Positions 26,951-36,283 of a stretch of 64,000 nt of DNA are shown one piece after another; the stretch's first letter is position 1; every line of letters begins with the position of its first letter. This DNA is from an uncultured Candidatus Saccharibacteria bacterium. Lineage in GTDB: Bacteria; Patescibacteriota; Minisyncoccia; Phycocordibacterales; UBA12088. The DNA lies in assembly GCA_964567265.1 (NCBI GenBank), contig CAZMLK010000001.1:459723-523722 (forward strand), given 5' to 3'. The notes under the pieces were generated by a model. That model did not search any database. It was not told the origin of the DNA and worked only from the letters and a program-made list of their open reading frames with translations. The translations under genes and the position numbers were made by a program.

Positions 26951-27853
26951 TTATATAACTGCATCAGGCTCCAATTTGCAGAAACGGCCTGTCCTATCTT
27001 TTTCGACCTGCAGGGTTGCGTGACCTATATGGAATCGCTCTCGTAATTTCTCTACCGCATCCTGTAAGACAGAGTCATCGACAACCGCCTCTGCTCTTAT
27101 AAGATGTGCGGTTAAACCTGTTTCTTTGGTGCTTATGCTCCAAATATGCAAGTCGTGAACTGCAACAACACCAGCAAGACCCTTGAGATATTTTTCAACA
27201 TCATCCCTATCAACAGATTCGGGAACCGCATCAAGTGATAGATTAAGAGATTCGCGCATGAGAGACCACGTGGTGAAAATGATCACAGCGGCAATGACAA
27301 TACTGATTACGGGATCAATCCATGCGAATCCTGTTAGCGTAATGAGTAAACCTGCAATGACTACTCCAAAAGAAACACCTGCATCAGCAGCCATGTGAAC
27401 AAATGCACCTCGAATATTGATGTCATTCTTTCGGCCTCTAAGAAACAGCAATGCGGTTACTCCATTGATAACGATACCAACGACCGCTACCCACATGACA
27501 GTACTACCCATAACATTCGCAGGAGCATTAAATCTATGCAAAGCTTCTACAAAAATTCCTCCAGCCGCTACAAAAATAAGAATTGCATTGAAAAGCGACG
27601 TGAGAATAGAACCTCGCCCAAATCCATACGTATGTTTTTTACTTGGTGTCCGAGTAGCAAACCAAATTCCCGCCCATGAAATGAGAAGTCCGAAAACATC
27701 AGTTGCGTTATGGATCGCGTCTGAAGTAAGAGCAAGCGAATGAGAGGCATACCCAAACCACAATTCGGTAATAACAAACAATATATTCAGAGCAAGCCCG
27801 ATAATAAAGGCCAGATTATAATTTTGAGTTTTATGAGAATGATCGTGCGCCAT
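26951..27853 (-). CDS. Cation diffusion facilitator (CzcD/ZitB-like) metal efflux transporter
   Basis: 'HSLALTSDAIHNATD' and 'HMAADAGVSFGV' are CDF signature helices, followed by a C-terminal cytoplasmic domain. Confidence 0.8.
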   Translation of the reverse strand: MAHDHSHKTQNYNLAFIIGLALNILFVITELWFGYASHSLALTSDAIHNATDVFGLLISWAGIWFATRTPSKKHTYGFGRGSILTSLFNAILIFVAAGGIFVEALHRFNAPANVMGSTVMWVAVVGIVINGVTALLFLRGRKNDINIRGAFVHMAADAGVSFGVVIAGLLITLTGFAWIDPVISIVIAAVIIFTTWSLMRESLNLSLDAVPESVDRDDVEKYLKGLAGVVAVHDLHIWSISTKETGLTAHLIRAEAVVDDSVLQDAVEKLRERFHIGHATLQVEKDRTGRFCKLEPDAVI

Positions 27854-27857
27854 AATA

Positions 27858-30167
27858 TTAGAGCTTTGTATTTTTAAGACGCAGCGAATTGGTTACGACC
27901 GTTACACTCTCGAATGCCATAATCGCTCCGGCAATAGCAGGACTTAGAGTCCAGCCAAAAAATGGAAAGAGAATACCGGCTGCGACAGGAATACCGACAG
28001 AGTTGTAGCCGAAAGACCAGATAAGATTTTGCCATATTGTTCGATTGGTCTTTTTTGCAAGATTCACGGCTTCGGCGACTTTGCCGATATCGCCTTTGAG
28101 AAGCACAATATCAGAGCTTTCAATTGCTATATCCGATCCGTCGCTCATTGAGATCGCAACATCTGCTTGTGTAAGAGCTGGCGAATCGTTCACTCCATCG
28201 CCAATCATTGCAACCTTGAAACCCTTCTTTTGAAGATCAGATACGATGTTTAACTTATCCTCTGGCTTCACATCGGCAAATACCTCGTCGATACCAAGCT
28301 CCCGCCCTACCGCATCAGCGGTTTTCCTGTGGTCGCCTGTAGCCATAATAACTTTGAGACCGAGAGATTTGAGTTTAGCGATTTCTGTTTTTGCTTCCGC
28401 CTTGATAGTGTCGTGAATTTTTACGAGCGAGAGCACTTCTTTGTCGTTTGCAAGATAGAGTTCGCGTCCGCTTTCAAATCGACCGTCGTGGAAATCTTTT
28501 CTAATCTGTTCCTCCGACTGCTTGATTACACCGCTCACATAAGCGATCGAGCCGAGGTAGTAGGACATATCTTGGTAGGAGGAAGTAAGGCCCTTTCCCG
28601 GTACTTCTTCAATATCAGAAATGTCAACACTTTTCGCTTTTGCGTCCTTGAGCCAATTTGCAATGCTTGCTGATATAGGATGCTTCGATGATTTCGTCAT
28701 CGAGTAGATGAGCGACTGCTTAAAGCTGGTATCCTCGATATCACAGACATGATTCTCGTCCTTACAAAATATTCCCTCGATGGACAGCTTGTTTTCTGTA
28801 AGCGTACCAGTCTTATCGAATACAATCGCACTTACCTTTGAAAGCTTCTCAAGACTCTCTGCGTTCTTGATGAGAATGCCACGACGCGCACCAGTACCGA
28901 CGCCGGTAATGATTGCAGTCGGAGTTGCGAGACCAAGCGAGCAGGGACAAGCAATCACCAAGACCGCCATAGTGGTAGAGATTGCTAGGGCGAACGCTTT
29001 TGTCATTCCAAATGTTCCCGGCGCAAATATCATCCATGAAGCAAATGTAATGACTGCAAGCACGAGCACAATGTATACGAAATAACCAGAAATCTTGTCG
29101 GCAATCTTTTCTATAGGTGCCTTTGAATTCTGGGCATTATCGACAATGCTAATGATGTGCGCGAGAGCGGTATTCTTAACATCTTTTTCAACCTGCACTT
29201 TCAATAGCCCCTGAAAATTCTGGGTCCCTGCAAATACCACGGCTCCTGATAACTTATCCACAGGCACTGACTCTCCGGTAAGATTAGACTCGTCAACGCT
29301 CGACGAGCCATAGATGACCTTACCGTCAACAGGGATCTGCTCGTTTGGCTTCACAATAACCACGTCGCCAACCTCAACTTTCTCAATAGGTATTTCGATC
29401 TCTTTTCCGTCTCGTTCGATCACAGCAAACTTACTGGTAAGTTGTGCGAGCTTTTGGAGAGCCTCGTTTGTCTTTTTCTTTGCTCGCGCTTCGAGGAACT
29501 GACCGAGGGCAATGAGACCTATCACTATAATAACGACATCATAAAAATTTGAACTAACATCCAGATATTTTGAAAGCGGTGCCTCGAAAGCTGTTACTGC
29601 AAGAGAGTATATAAATGCGACGATAGTCGAGATTCCAACAAGCACATCCATGTTGGCGATACCAGTACGCAAGAAAATCCAGGTAGCTTTGATATATCGC
29701 CGACCGATTCCAAAAAGCACAAAGCTCGCAAAGATCGGCATCAGATGATGGAAGAATTCGTAGATCGTTTCAGGCATTTTCGGGATGATGCCGTTATTGG
29801 ACAGAACATCCCAGAACATCATTACGAAAGAGAAAATAACCATTGGTATGACGAATTTCATTTCGAGGGCCATGTTCCTCACTCCGCTTCCCCTAGAGTG
29901 ATCCATGCGAGCATGATCCTCCGCAGACATATTCATTTCAGCAGCAGTTGTGGCTGTATCTTCAAACTCATAACCGAGGGGGGAAATCACGCTATTGAGA
30001 TTTTCTAACGGAAGCGGTGACGCAGAGAAAACCACCTTTGCTTTTTCATTACCCAAGCCAACCGATACCGACTCAACCCCCGGCACTTTGGCTATTTTGT
30101 TTTGAATAAGAGAGACACAGCTCGCACAGTGCATCCCTTTTACCTTGTATGTGTTTGCTGTAGTCAT
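27858..30167 (-). CDS. copA: Copper-translocating P1B-type ATPase
   Basis: N-terminal HMA 'GMHCASC'; 'CPC' in TM6 ('IACPCSLGLATP'); 'DKTGTLT'; 'GDGVNDSPAL'. Confidence 0.9.
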   Translation of the reverse strand: MTTANTYKVKGMHCASCVSLIQNKIAKVPGVESVSVGLGNEKAKVVFSASPLPLENLNSVISPLGYEFEDTATTAAEMNMSAEDHARMDHSRGSGVRNMALEMKFVIPMVIFSFVMMFWDVLSNNGIIPKMPETIYEFFHHLMPIFASFVLFGIGRRYIKATWIFLRTGIANMDVLVGISTIVAFIYSLAVTAFEAPLSKYLDVSSNFYDVVIIVIGLIALGQFLEARAKKKTNEALQKLAQLTSKFAVIERDGKEIEIPIEKVEVGDVVIVKPNEQIPVDGKVIYGSSSVDESNLTGESVPVDKLSGAVVFAGTQNFQGLLKVQVEKDVKNTALAHIISIVDNAQNSKAPIEKIADKISGYFVYIVLVLAVITFASWMIFAPGTFGMTKAFALAISTTMAVLVIACPCSLGLATPTAIITGVGTGARRGILIKNAESLEKLSKVSAIVFDKTGTLTENKLSIEGIFCKDENHVCDIEDTSFKQSLIYSMTKSSKHPISASIANWLKDAKAKSVDISDIEEVPGKGLTSSYQDMSYYLGSIAYVSGVIKQSEEQIRKDFHDGRFESGRELYLANDKEVLSLVKIHDTIKAEAKTEIAKLKSLGLKVIMATGDHRKTADAVGRELGIDEVFADVKPEDKLNIVSDLQKKGFKVAMIGDGVNDSPALTQADVAISMSDGSDIAIESSDIVLLKGDIGKVAEAVNLAKKTNRTIWQNLIWSFGYNSVGIPVAAGILFPFFGWTLSPAIAGAIMAFESVTVVTNSLRLKNTKL

Positions 30168-30172
30168 ATAGG

Positions 30173-30448
30173 TTATTTTCGCTTAAGTTTATAAACCTTA
30201 AGCACTTCATCTTTTGCCTTATTCGACTGACCCGTGGACATTTGATGATGAACGCAATGATCAAGGTGATTTTCTAATAAAATATCCTCCACATTTGAAA
30301 GTCCTTGTTTGACTGCCGATGTTTGAGTGATCACATTGATGCAGTACGTATCGCTCTCAACCATTTTTTGTAGTCCGCGCACCTGACCTTCAATCAGCTT
30401 GAGTCGGCGAATGACTTTCGCCTTACTTTTTTCGTCCATGTATTTCAT
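30173..30448 (-). CDS. csoR: CsoR/RcnR-family metal-sensing transcriptional repressor
   Basis: 'RRLKLIEGQVRGLQKMVESDTYCINVITQTSAVKQGL' and 'HLDHCV' give the Cys/His/Cys Cu(I) ligand pattern. Confidence 0.8.
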   Translation of the reverse strand: MKYMDEKSKAKVIRRLKLIEGQVRGLQKMVESDTYCINVITQTSAVKQGLSNVEDILLENHLDHCVHHQMSTGQSNKAKDEVLKVYKLKRK

Positions 30449-30457
30449 ATAACAATA

Positions 30458-30475
30458 ATACCCCCTAGGGGGTAT
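30458..30475. promoter_or_regulatory. Perfect 18-bp GC-rich palindrome ATACCCCCTAGGGGGTAT, 10 bp upstream of the csoR start; candidate CsoR operator
   Basis: It resembles known CsoR operators (TACCC..GGGTA-type dyads) and sits at the head of the csoR-copA operon. Confidence 0.5.
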
Positions 30476-30524
30476 ATGTCAAATGAAAATAGTAAAGTCT
30501 GAAGTGGAAGAGTATGATTAGCTC

Positions 30525-33326
30525 ATGGCTAAGTACAGTCGCGCTAAAAGAATCGAAAAACAGGAAGTGGGAATACTGGAGACTCTCCTGAACGCCCATC
30601 CTCTGCTCACGCAACTCACTAAAGGAGACGATGATTTCCCGCTTATCGATGGATACGTCCATTTACTCAAAGAGCAAGACGAGGTGGATGGGAATATGCT
30701 CAAAGTGCAGGTAAAACCCCTCAAGATCAACAAGGATGGCACACTCTCCGCGACATGTAGCACCGACCTTTTGAGTCACGCGCACGGCTCCTCTATACCC
30801 GTCCTTTTGGTCGCGGTGAATCCGGACGAGCAGATCGCGTACTGGATGTATCTCGCGCCTGAGGCCGTGAAGACCCAGTACGAAGCGCAGATCGCGGCCG
30901 GTAAGAAGACGATCACCTTTCGACTGAATAAAAGTAATGTCATCAAAAAAGGTACCGATAAATATATCGCGGAGTGGAAGCGCATTTGCGGTCATCATCG
31001 GAACACTTCGAACGATCGCCTTGCCGGTAGATACAAAAAACGCATCAAGAAAAATCTCATAACAGCGAATGAGGACACTTTACTCGAACGGATTCGGACT
31101 CTACACGACCTCGTATACTACCGAACGAATAAAGGCGAGTTCCCACTAGTGGAGATCGTGCTCGAGATGGCGCGTACGATCGGTGGCACTTCTGCGTCCG
31201 TGAAGATCGCGTATATCGAGTTGCTTGAGCAACTCATTCACGACAAGACGTCCGAAGCTCTGGAGGTAATCACAAAACTCGCGTCCGATGAGAGCGAGCA
31301 AGTTCGAAGGAAAGCAGCGGAAACATTGAAGAACGCCGCGAAATACAACTACCATTGGCTCAATGCTATCGGTTACGGTCCGTACCGCACCATGCTCAAC
31401 TTTCTCGAGAGCCATGATGTTCCGTCAGAGATCGCGCACGAGATGTTCCGTAACCTCCTTACCCCCGATTTCGACGGCACTTCGCAGACAGACATGTACA
31501 CGCTTACTTTTCACCGCGGTGCGCTGGACGCAACAAAGTTCCTCAAAGATCTTCGTCATGATGCAATAAATCTCCTAACTAAGCGATATGAGACGACAGA
31601 TACGATTCGCGAGAAAAGTAAAATCGTGGATACGCTTGGCTATGCAACCCACAAGACCGACTGGCCGACCGGTGATCCCGACTTCATCCAAAGGTCTGTA
31701 GATATGGTCGAGGCCGACACTCAGCTTGTTGTTGCAGCATATAAAAAGATCCTTTTCCCAAAAGGCAAAATGATCTCTGACTATCCGGTAATCTACGAGA
31801 TCGAGACACAGGTATCGATCTTGAACACGAGAGAGCGCAAGATCGCAGGCGTTGACGAGCTGCTTCAACAGATCCGCGAGGACAAGGGCGACTATCGATT
31901 GTTTAGCTTACTCGCCGGAGACGAGATGCGTTTGCGCCGCGACGTTGAGTGGCAAGAGGGGCGAAAGCAAAAAGAAGAGGAGATCAAGGAGATCCTCGAT
32001 TCGATCACGGAAGAAAATGCTGACGACTGGTACAAGCGCATAGACACCATCGCCAACTTTCGAGAGTGTATCGAAGACTGGCTCTATCAGACACTACGAG
32101 ACTTTCTCGCACAAATCGCAGAAAAGAAACCGGCAGTAGCTGCCATATTTGCAAAGCTCGCGCTCAAAAATAAGACAGGCCTGTATTTCTTTTTTCGTGG
32201 CATACTCTGGGGTCTTCGGAAAGGTTCACTCGAGCAGTGGGATGACCATGTTGAATACATTGCGAAGCATCGCCTCACAGATCAAATAGACGGGATCCTC
32301 ATGTCGTATTTCTCGATAGGAGGAACCGAACTATCCGCCGCCAAACTTCGCAAAGAAGATATAGCGCTTACCATTGAGATTGCGAAGAAAGAGGGGCGCT
32401 TTGCTTTCCTAAAGGGTTCAGAGATGAACCGCGCGCTCGAGTATCATTCGATCCGATCGCTCACATTTCTCTCAACGTTGGATAAAGCCGTTCGAAAAGC
32501 GCTGATCGAAAAAATAAAAGAGTACCCCGAACTAGACACCATGTACTCTAACGAACTCGGTTTTGCCCTGCATTGCAAATGGATCAAGTTGGATGAATGG
32601 GATCGACCAGATCTCGAAGCGCTTGCGGAGATGCTCGTAAACATAAAACGTCTCGATCACTACGAGATGCAAGTTCTTCACGAGCTGGGTATCTTTGACT
32701 TTGATCTAATGATGTCTGTGTTTGAGCGCCGTATAAAACATCCCTACGATAGTGGCTACGACGCAATCCCGTATCACATAGAGGCCGGTGTCGCGGCATT
32801 CATACGCGACGATCCTCGCACCAAAGACGTTGTCCGACGCTGGCTCGAAGAACGCAATCCCGATCAAGACGGGATGATCGGCTATCACTTAGGCGAGTTT
32901 GTGAATCGCATAGGAGGCACGGTGCTACGCGAAGCTCTCTCGGAGTTGATCGCTACTGGCAAGAAAGAAAACATCCTCAAGGTAATGGAAATGTTGCCTA
33001 TTTCTGATCCGGCAGACCCCTCCCTGTGTCTTGAGATCGTGGCCGCAACGGATGACAAGCAAATCTTGGCTAGAGTCGACGCACGGATGCGACAGACCAG
33101 TGGTGGCACCGGCTCCGTCGGCGAAAATATCTTCGCGCGGGAGATGCGCAAAAACCAAGCTCGTATCGAGGAAATAAAGTCGAGAGCGACGAATCCCAAG
33201 ATCGTAAAGTTCTGTGAGAAAGTACTTGCCAACCTTACACAGGACATCGCGAGATCCGATCGCGAGCATGAGCGAGAAATGCGGGAAGAACGAAAAGAAT
33301 ACGACGAGGAACACGACCTCGAATAA
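30525..33326 (+). CDS. Large (933 aa) protein: N-terminal DUF4365-like PD-(D/E)xK nuclease-fold domain, then a long HEAT/ARM-like alpha-helical region
   Basis: The N-terminus 'DDFPLIDGYVHLLKEQDEVDGNMLKVQVKP' fits the DUF4365 'D.ID.....(Q/E)VK' pattern. Later 'SEQVRRKAAETLKNAAKYN' and repeated helical hairpins follow. No P-loop. Confidence 0.65.
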   Translation: MAKYSRAKRIEKQEVGILETLLNAHPLLTQLTKGDDDFPLIDGYVHLLKEQDEVDGNMLKVQVKPLKINKDGTLSATCSTDLLSHAHGSSIPVLLVAVNPDEQIAYWMYLAPEAVKTQYEAQIAAGKKTITFRLNKSNVIKKGTDKYIAEWKRICGHHRNTSNDRLAGRYKKRIKKNLITANEDTLLERIRTLHDLVYYRTNKGEFPLVEIVLEMARTIGGTSASVKIAYIELLEQLIHDKTSEALEVITKLASDESEQVRRKAAETLKNAAKYNYHWLNAIGYGPYRTMLNFLESHDVPSEIAHEMFRNLLTPDFDGTSQTDMYTLTFHRGALDATKFLKDLRHDAINLLTKRYETTDTIREKSKIVDTLGYATHKTDWPTGDPDFIQRSVDMVEADTQLVVAAYKKILFPKGKMISDYPVIYEIETQVSILNTRERKIAGVDELLQQIREDKGDYRLFSLLAGDEMRLRRDVEWQEGRKQKEEEIKEILDSITEENADDWYKRIDTIANFRECIEDWLYQTLRDFLAQIAEKKPAVAAIFAKLALKNKTGLYFFFRGILWGLRKGSLEQWDDHVEYIAKHRLTDQIDGILMSYFSIGGTELSAAKLRKEDIALTIEIAKKEGRFAFLKGSEMNRALEYHSIRSLTFLSTLDKAVRKALIEKIKEYPELDTMYSNELGFALHCKWIKLDEWDRPDLEALAEMLVNIKRLDHYEMQVLHELGIFDFDLMMSVFERRIKHPYDSGYDAIPYHIEAGVAAFIRDDPRTKDVVRRWLEERNPDQDGMIGYHLGEFVNRIGGTVLREALSELIATGKKENILKVMEMLPISDPADPSLCLEIVAATDDKQILARVDARMRQTSGGTGSVGENIFAREMRKNQARIEEIKSRATNPKIVKFCEKVLANLTQDIARSDREHEREMREERKEYDEEHDLE

Positions 33327-33342
33327 AATAAGTTTCTAGGTA

Positions 33343-34080
33343 GTGCCGTTAAAAATGAAAATGCAAATTAAGCCAATTTACGATGCAAAGTACTATAGAG
33401 TACAGGAGATCTCCGCCCACCCTGGCTTTTTGAATGACGTAAAAAATTTACTTAATTCATTCTCCACTTTTGGATGCCCAGTGCCCAAAAAAGGTTTTAG
33501 AAAATACTCGGAGTTTGATGCCTGGCAAAAGAAGTTATGGAAGAAGTACGATTATTATGTACGTAAAACCGGAGTTCAGGAAGACTTCCCAATAGTCGTA
33601 TATGGCCAAACAATAGATAAAATTCTGATGAGACACGGCCTTGATCCAAAAAATAAAGATGATAAATATTGGATTGAGCAATTCGTTTTCTTTAAGAAAA
33701 AAGAATTCGAAAAACCACTTGCTTTCATCAGGTACATACCGCCAATCGCAAATAAAGATCCTGAACTTTGGATAAGGTATTTTGGACACACCAAACCATC
33801 AGACATCAAGGTAGAAAAAATATTGGAATATCAAAAATTACTCCCGGACTATAGAGGCAAAAATAAACCCAAGGATAAAAAGATACTTAAAAGAAATAAG
33901 ATTGTCGTCGAGTTATATCTTAAAGAGAGAGAAAAAAGTCGTGGAGATATTTATGCACGTGAACGTAGCATCAAGGGGCAATCAATATCCCAATTTGTCG
34001 CTAATAAACTACATAAAAAGTACCCTGAATTAAACAAAGTTTTGGTAGAGCAGATTGTAAAAATGCAGCCTGAAAAATAA
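33343..34080 (+). CDS. Lys-rich hypothetical protein (245 aa), 17 bp downstream of the DUF4365/HEAT gene
   Basis: Very AT-rich ORF with no recognisable motif. A terminator hairpin follows. Confidence 0.5.
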   Translation: MPLKMKMQIKPIYDAKYYRVQEISAHPGFLNDVKNLLNSFSTFGCPVPKKGFRKYSEFDAWQKKLWKKYDYYVRKTGVQEDFPIVVYGQTIDKILMRHGLDPKNKDDKYWIEQFVFFKKKEFEKPLAFIRYIPPIANKDPELWIRYFGHTKPSDIKVEKILEYQKLLPDYRGKNKPKDKKILKRNKIVVELYLKEREKSRGDIYARERSIKGQSISQFVANKLHKKYPELNKVLVEQIVKMQPEK

Positions 34081-34119
34081 ACTCAAGGATAAAAATAAGC
34101 TTAACTGCATCCCATTCCT

Positions 34120-34151
34120 AAAACGACTAGCATAAACATGCTGGTCGTTTT
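34120..34151. terminator. Rho-independent terminator
   Basis: AAAACGACTAGCAT-AAAC-ATGCTGGTCGTTTT (one mismatch). Confidence 0.55.
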
Positions 34152-34155
34152 GATT

Positions 34156-34410
34156 ATGGAAATGAAAATTAAAAAAACAAATAAGACATATCAAACCGCA
34201 GACATGGCATGTGCTGCGGCTCTTTCGCTTTTCTTTCCAATAGAAGCAATAGACCGCACATCGGAGCGAAGGGTTTTCTTCATTTTTGAGAGCACAGAAA
34301 AATTGGATCAATTCGTGCAGATGTTTTGGCGTGGAGAGGTTCAGCTCGAACCAAGGGCATTTTTCGACAGCATAAAGGCGATCAAAACTCGGCTGTACGA
34401 CCAAATTTGA
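34156..34410 (+). CDS. DUF5659-like small protein (phage/CPR-associated family)
   Basis: 'YQTADMACAAALSLFFPIEAIDRTSERRVFFIFESTEKL...FFDSIKAIKTRLY' fits the DUF5659 pattern. Confidence 0.45.
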   Translation: MEMKIKKTNKTYQTADMACAAALSLFFPIEAIDRTSERRVFFIFESTEKLDQFVQMFWRGEVQLEPRAFFDSIKAIKTRLYDQI

Positions 34411-34412
34411 CC

Positions 34413-34628
34413 ATGTTAGCGAAGGAAACCATCGATGAGCTATCTGTGATCCTCCGAGAGGAATTCGGGGCCGATTTAACGGATGTAGAGGCGTATGAGG
34501 TAGGCACTTCTCTGGTGGGCCTTTTTGATCAATTAAGTGAGTTGGATCGGAAGGATAAACAACTAAAGGAGGTGAAGGACGCAAAAAAGAATGAACATGA
34601 AAAAACTGAGCTACATAAAACTATATAG
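34413..34628 (+). CDS. Small hypothetical protein (71 aa)
   Basis: ATG 3 bp after the previous stop; no motif. It overlaps the next ORF by about 38 nt. Confidence 0.3.
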   Translation: MLAKETIDELSVILREEFGADLTDVEAYEVGTSLVGLFDQLSELDRKDKQLKEVKDAKKNEHEKTELHKTI

Positions 34629-35064
34629 ACCGGAACTAGCTCGGCTCACAAAGAGCCTAAGCGAACGAGAAATTACACTTTTCTTAACCCTTGTATCGCA
34701 CGCCGGTTGGGATCCCAGACACAAAGACCATTATTCAAAAATAAATAAAACCCTTCGCGAAATTCAACAGGAATACCTTCCGGAATGGTCATTAGGAAAG
34801 GTGCATGACGTAATAACCGCCTTAAAAGATAAGGGGTTTATCGAAGTAGCTAGTAAAAGAACTTTTCTAATTAATTATCTGTGGCTCTACACTGCAACTC
34901 AAAAAACAATACAGGCAATTCTTTCTAATCCTGAACATTCTGCTCACTTACCTAAACAAATATTTCAGAATTCCGAACAGTCTGTTCGAACCGGTGAACA
35001 GCTAAACTTTCGAAATAAACTCAAAGATCTTGCGGAAAGCAAGCGTTTGCCTCGCGGCCCGTAA
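34591..35064 (+). CDS. Hypothetical protein
   Basis: AT-rich ORF; no motif. Confidence 0.4.
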   Translation: MNMKKLSYIKLYRPELARLTKSLSEREITLFLTLVSHAGWDPRHKDHYSKINKTLREIQQEYLPEWSLGKVHDVITALKDKGFIEVASKRTFLINYLWLYTATQKTIQAILSNPEHSAHLPKQIFQNSEQSVRTGEQLNFRNKLKDLAESKRLPRGP

Positions 35065-35276
35065 TTTCTTGTTCATTTTCTCGAACAAATTGCTCACGTA
35101 AAGAAATTAAAAAAACTAAATAAAAATAAACATGAAAATAAACCAACGACGCGCAAAAAAGATTGTTAAAGCTTTCACGGCATTTCTCGATTCTCAATAC
35201 AGAGAAACCTTGAGTCAAAGCATTAAAAGAGGGATCGCACGAAAGCGATCAGCGACGCTTAGACACAATAAATAAT

Positions 35277-35762
35277 ATGAAAATAGATAAAAATCCCCTC
35301 TACACAATCACTAAAAAGGAAATCCAAGAAATAGCCTCGGAAAGGATCGAACGATACCTAACTGAAGACGAGATTGAAGAGGTTATATACAAAATCAACG
35401 TGGAAGTAGTGAGGGTAATGCCGGAGGCTATCGAGGAAATAAACGAGTTTAGTGAATTGTGCTCTAGAGATATTGGGAAGATTAAAGCAACTCCAAGATA
35501 CGAGATTTACTGGAAAAACGACAACGCCTTCCAAAACACCCTCGTATTTACGTATACGTTTACAGACGAGGAAGATGCTAGAGCATATGTAGATCACGAG
35601 TACTGGGACGCAGGCGCTGAATACAAAATAGAAAAGGTCGATAACGAAAATCGAGAACTGATCGTTCATCACAAAAACCCACTAAACGGAGGGGATGGTT
35701 TCCATATGGACGTCCATAATGAGCCAAAAGACACCCAAAACGCCAAGGCTCTGAATTTCTAA
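35277..35762 (+). CDS. Hypothetical protein
   Basis: AT-rich ORF, acidic; no motif. Confidence 0.4.
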   Translation: MKIDKNPLYTITKKEIQEIASERIERYLTEDEIEEVIYKINVEVVRVMPEAIEEINEFSELCSRDIGKIKATPRYEIYWKNDNAFQNTLVFTYTFTDEEDARAYVDHEYWDAGAEYKIEKVDNENRELIVHHKNPLNGGDGFHMDVHNEPKDTQNAKALNF

Positions 35763-35763
35763 T

Positions 35764-36087
35764 ATGAAGTACTCGCGATATCAACGCTCTCTCCATATCG
35801 AAAAAGTTGCAACGATTCTACGAAGCGATCTGACGTTAAGTGCTAGAGCTGTGTTCAGGATTCTGAACGAGCAAGGACAGCATTTGAGTCGATCGTATGT
35901 GAATCAAGTAGTTGCTTACGCTCTTTCAAGAATCGGGGATGAGGAACGTAGAAAACGAATTGGTGCACAAGAACACGCCGAGTGGATCCAAAAAGTAATG
36001 GTCGTAAGTGAAGAGTTAGAGATCTTAAAGAAGAAACTTGACTCCCTGATTTGGTCTTATCCAGAGGATTTTGAGCCTAGGTATTGA
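35764..36087 (+). CDS. Hypothetical protein (possible small DNA-binding protein)
   Basis: It starts 2 bp after the previous gene; no firm motif. Confidence 0.35.
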   Translation: MKYSRYQRSLHIEKVATILRSDLTLSARAVFRILNEQGQHLSRSYVNQVVAYALSRIGDEERRKRIGAQEHAEWIQKVMVVSEELEILKKKLDSLIWSYPEDFEPRY

Positions 36088-36283
36088 ATTCCAATTATTT
36101 ATGAAAAGCGCTATACTTAATTTGCGACCTACGGTTTTGAATATCTGCACAGGGTATTTGCCTTTTTGTGGCTCCAATTGCGGGCTGAAAGGGGCAGCTA
36201 TCCTCCACAATTGGTTGCCTTGTGCAATTCAAGACTGTGGGTCGCAGGCTCTGGCTGTCCCTTTTTGTATTTCAGCCTGCGAC

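Noticed and set aside
34030-34584. 184-aa minus-strand ORF across the terminator and DUF5659-like gene
   Set aside because: It is a low-complexity AT-rich translation that overlaps a strong terminator and two better plus-strand ORFs.
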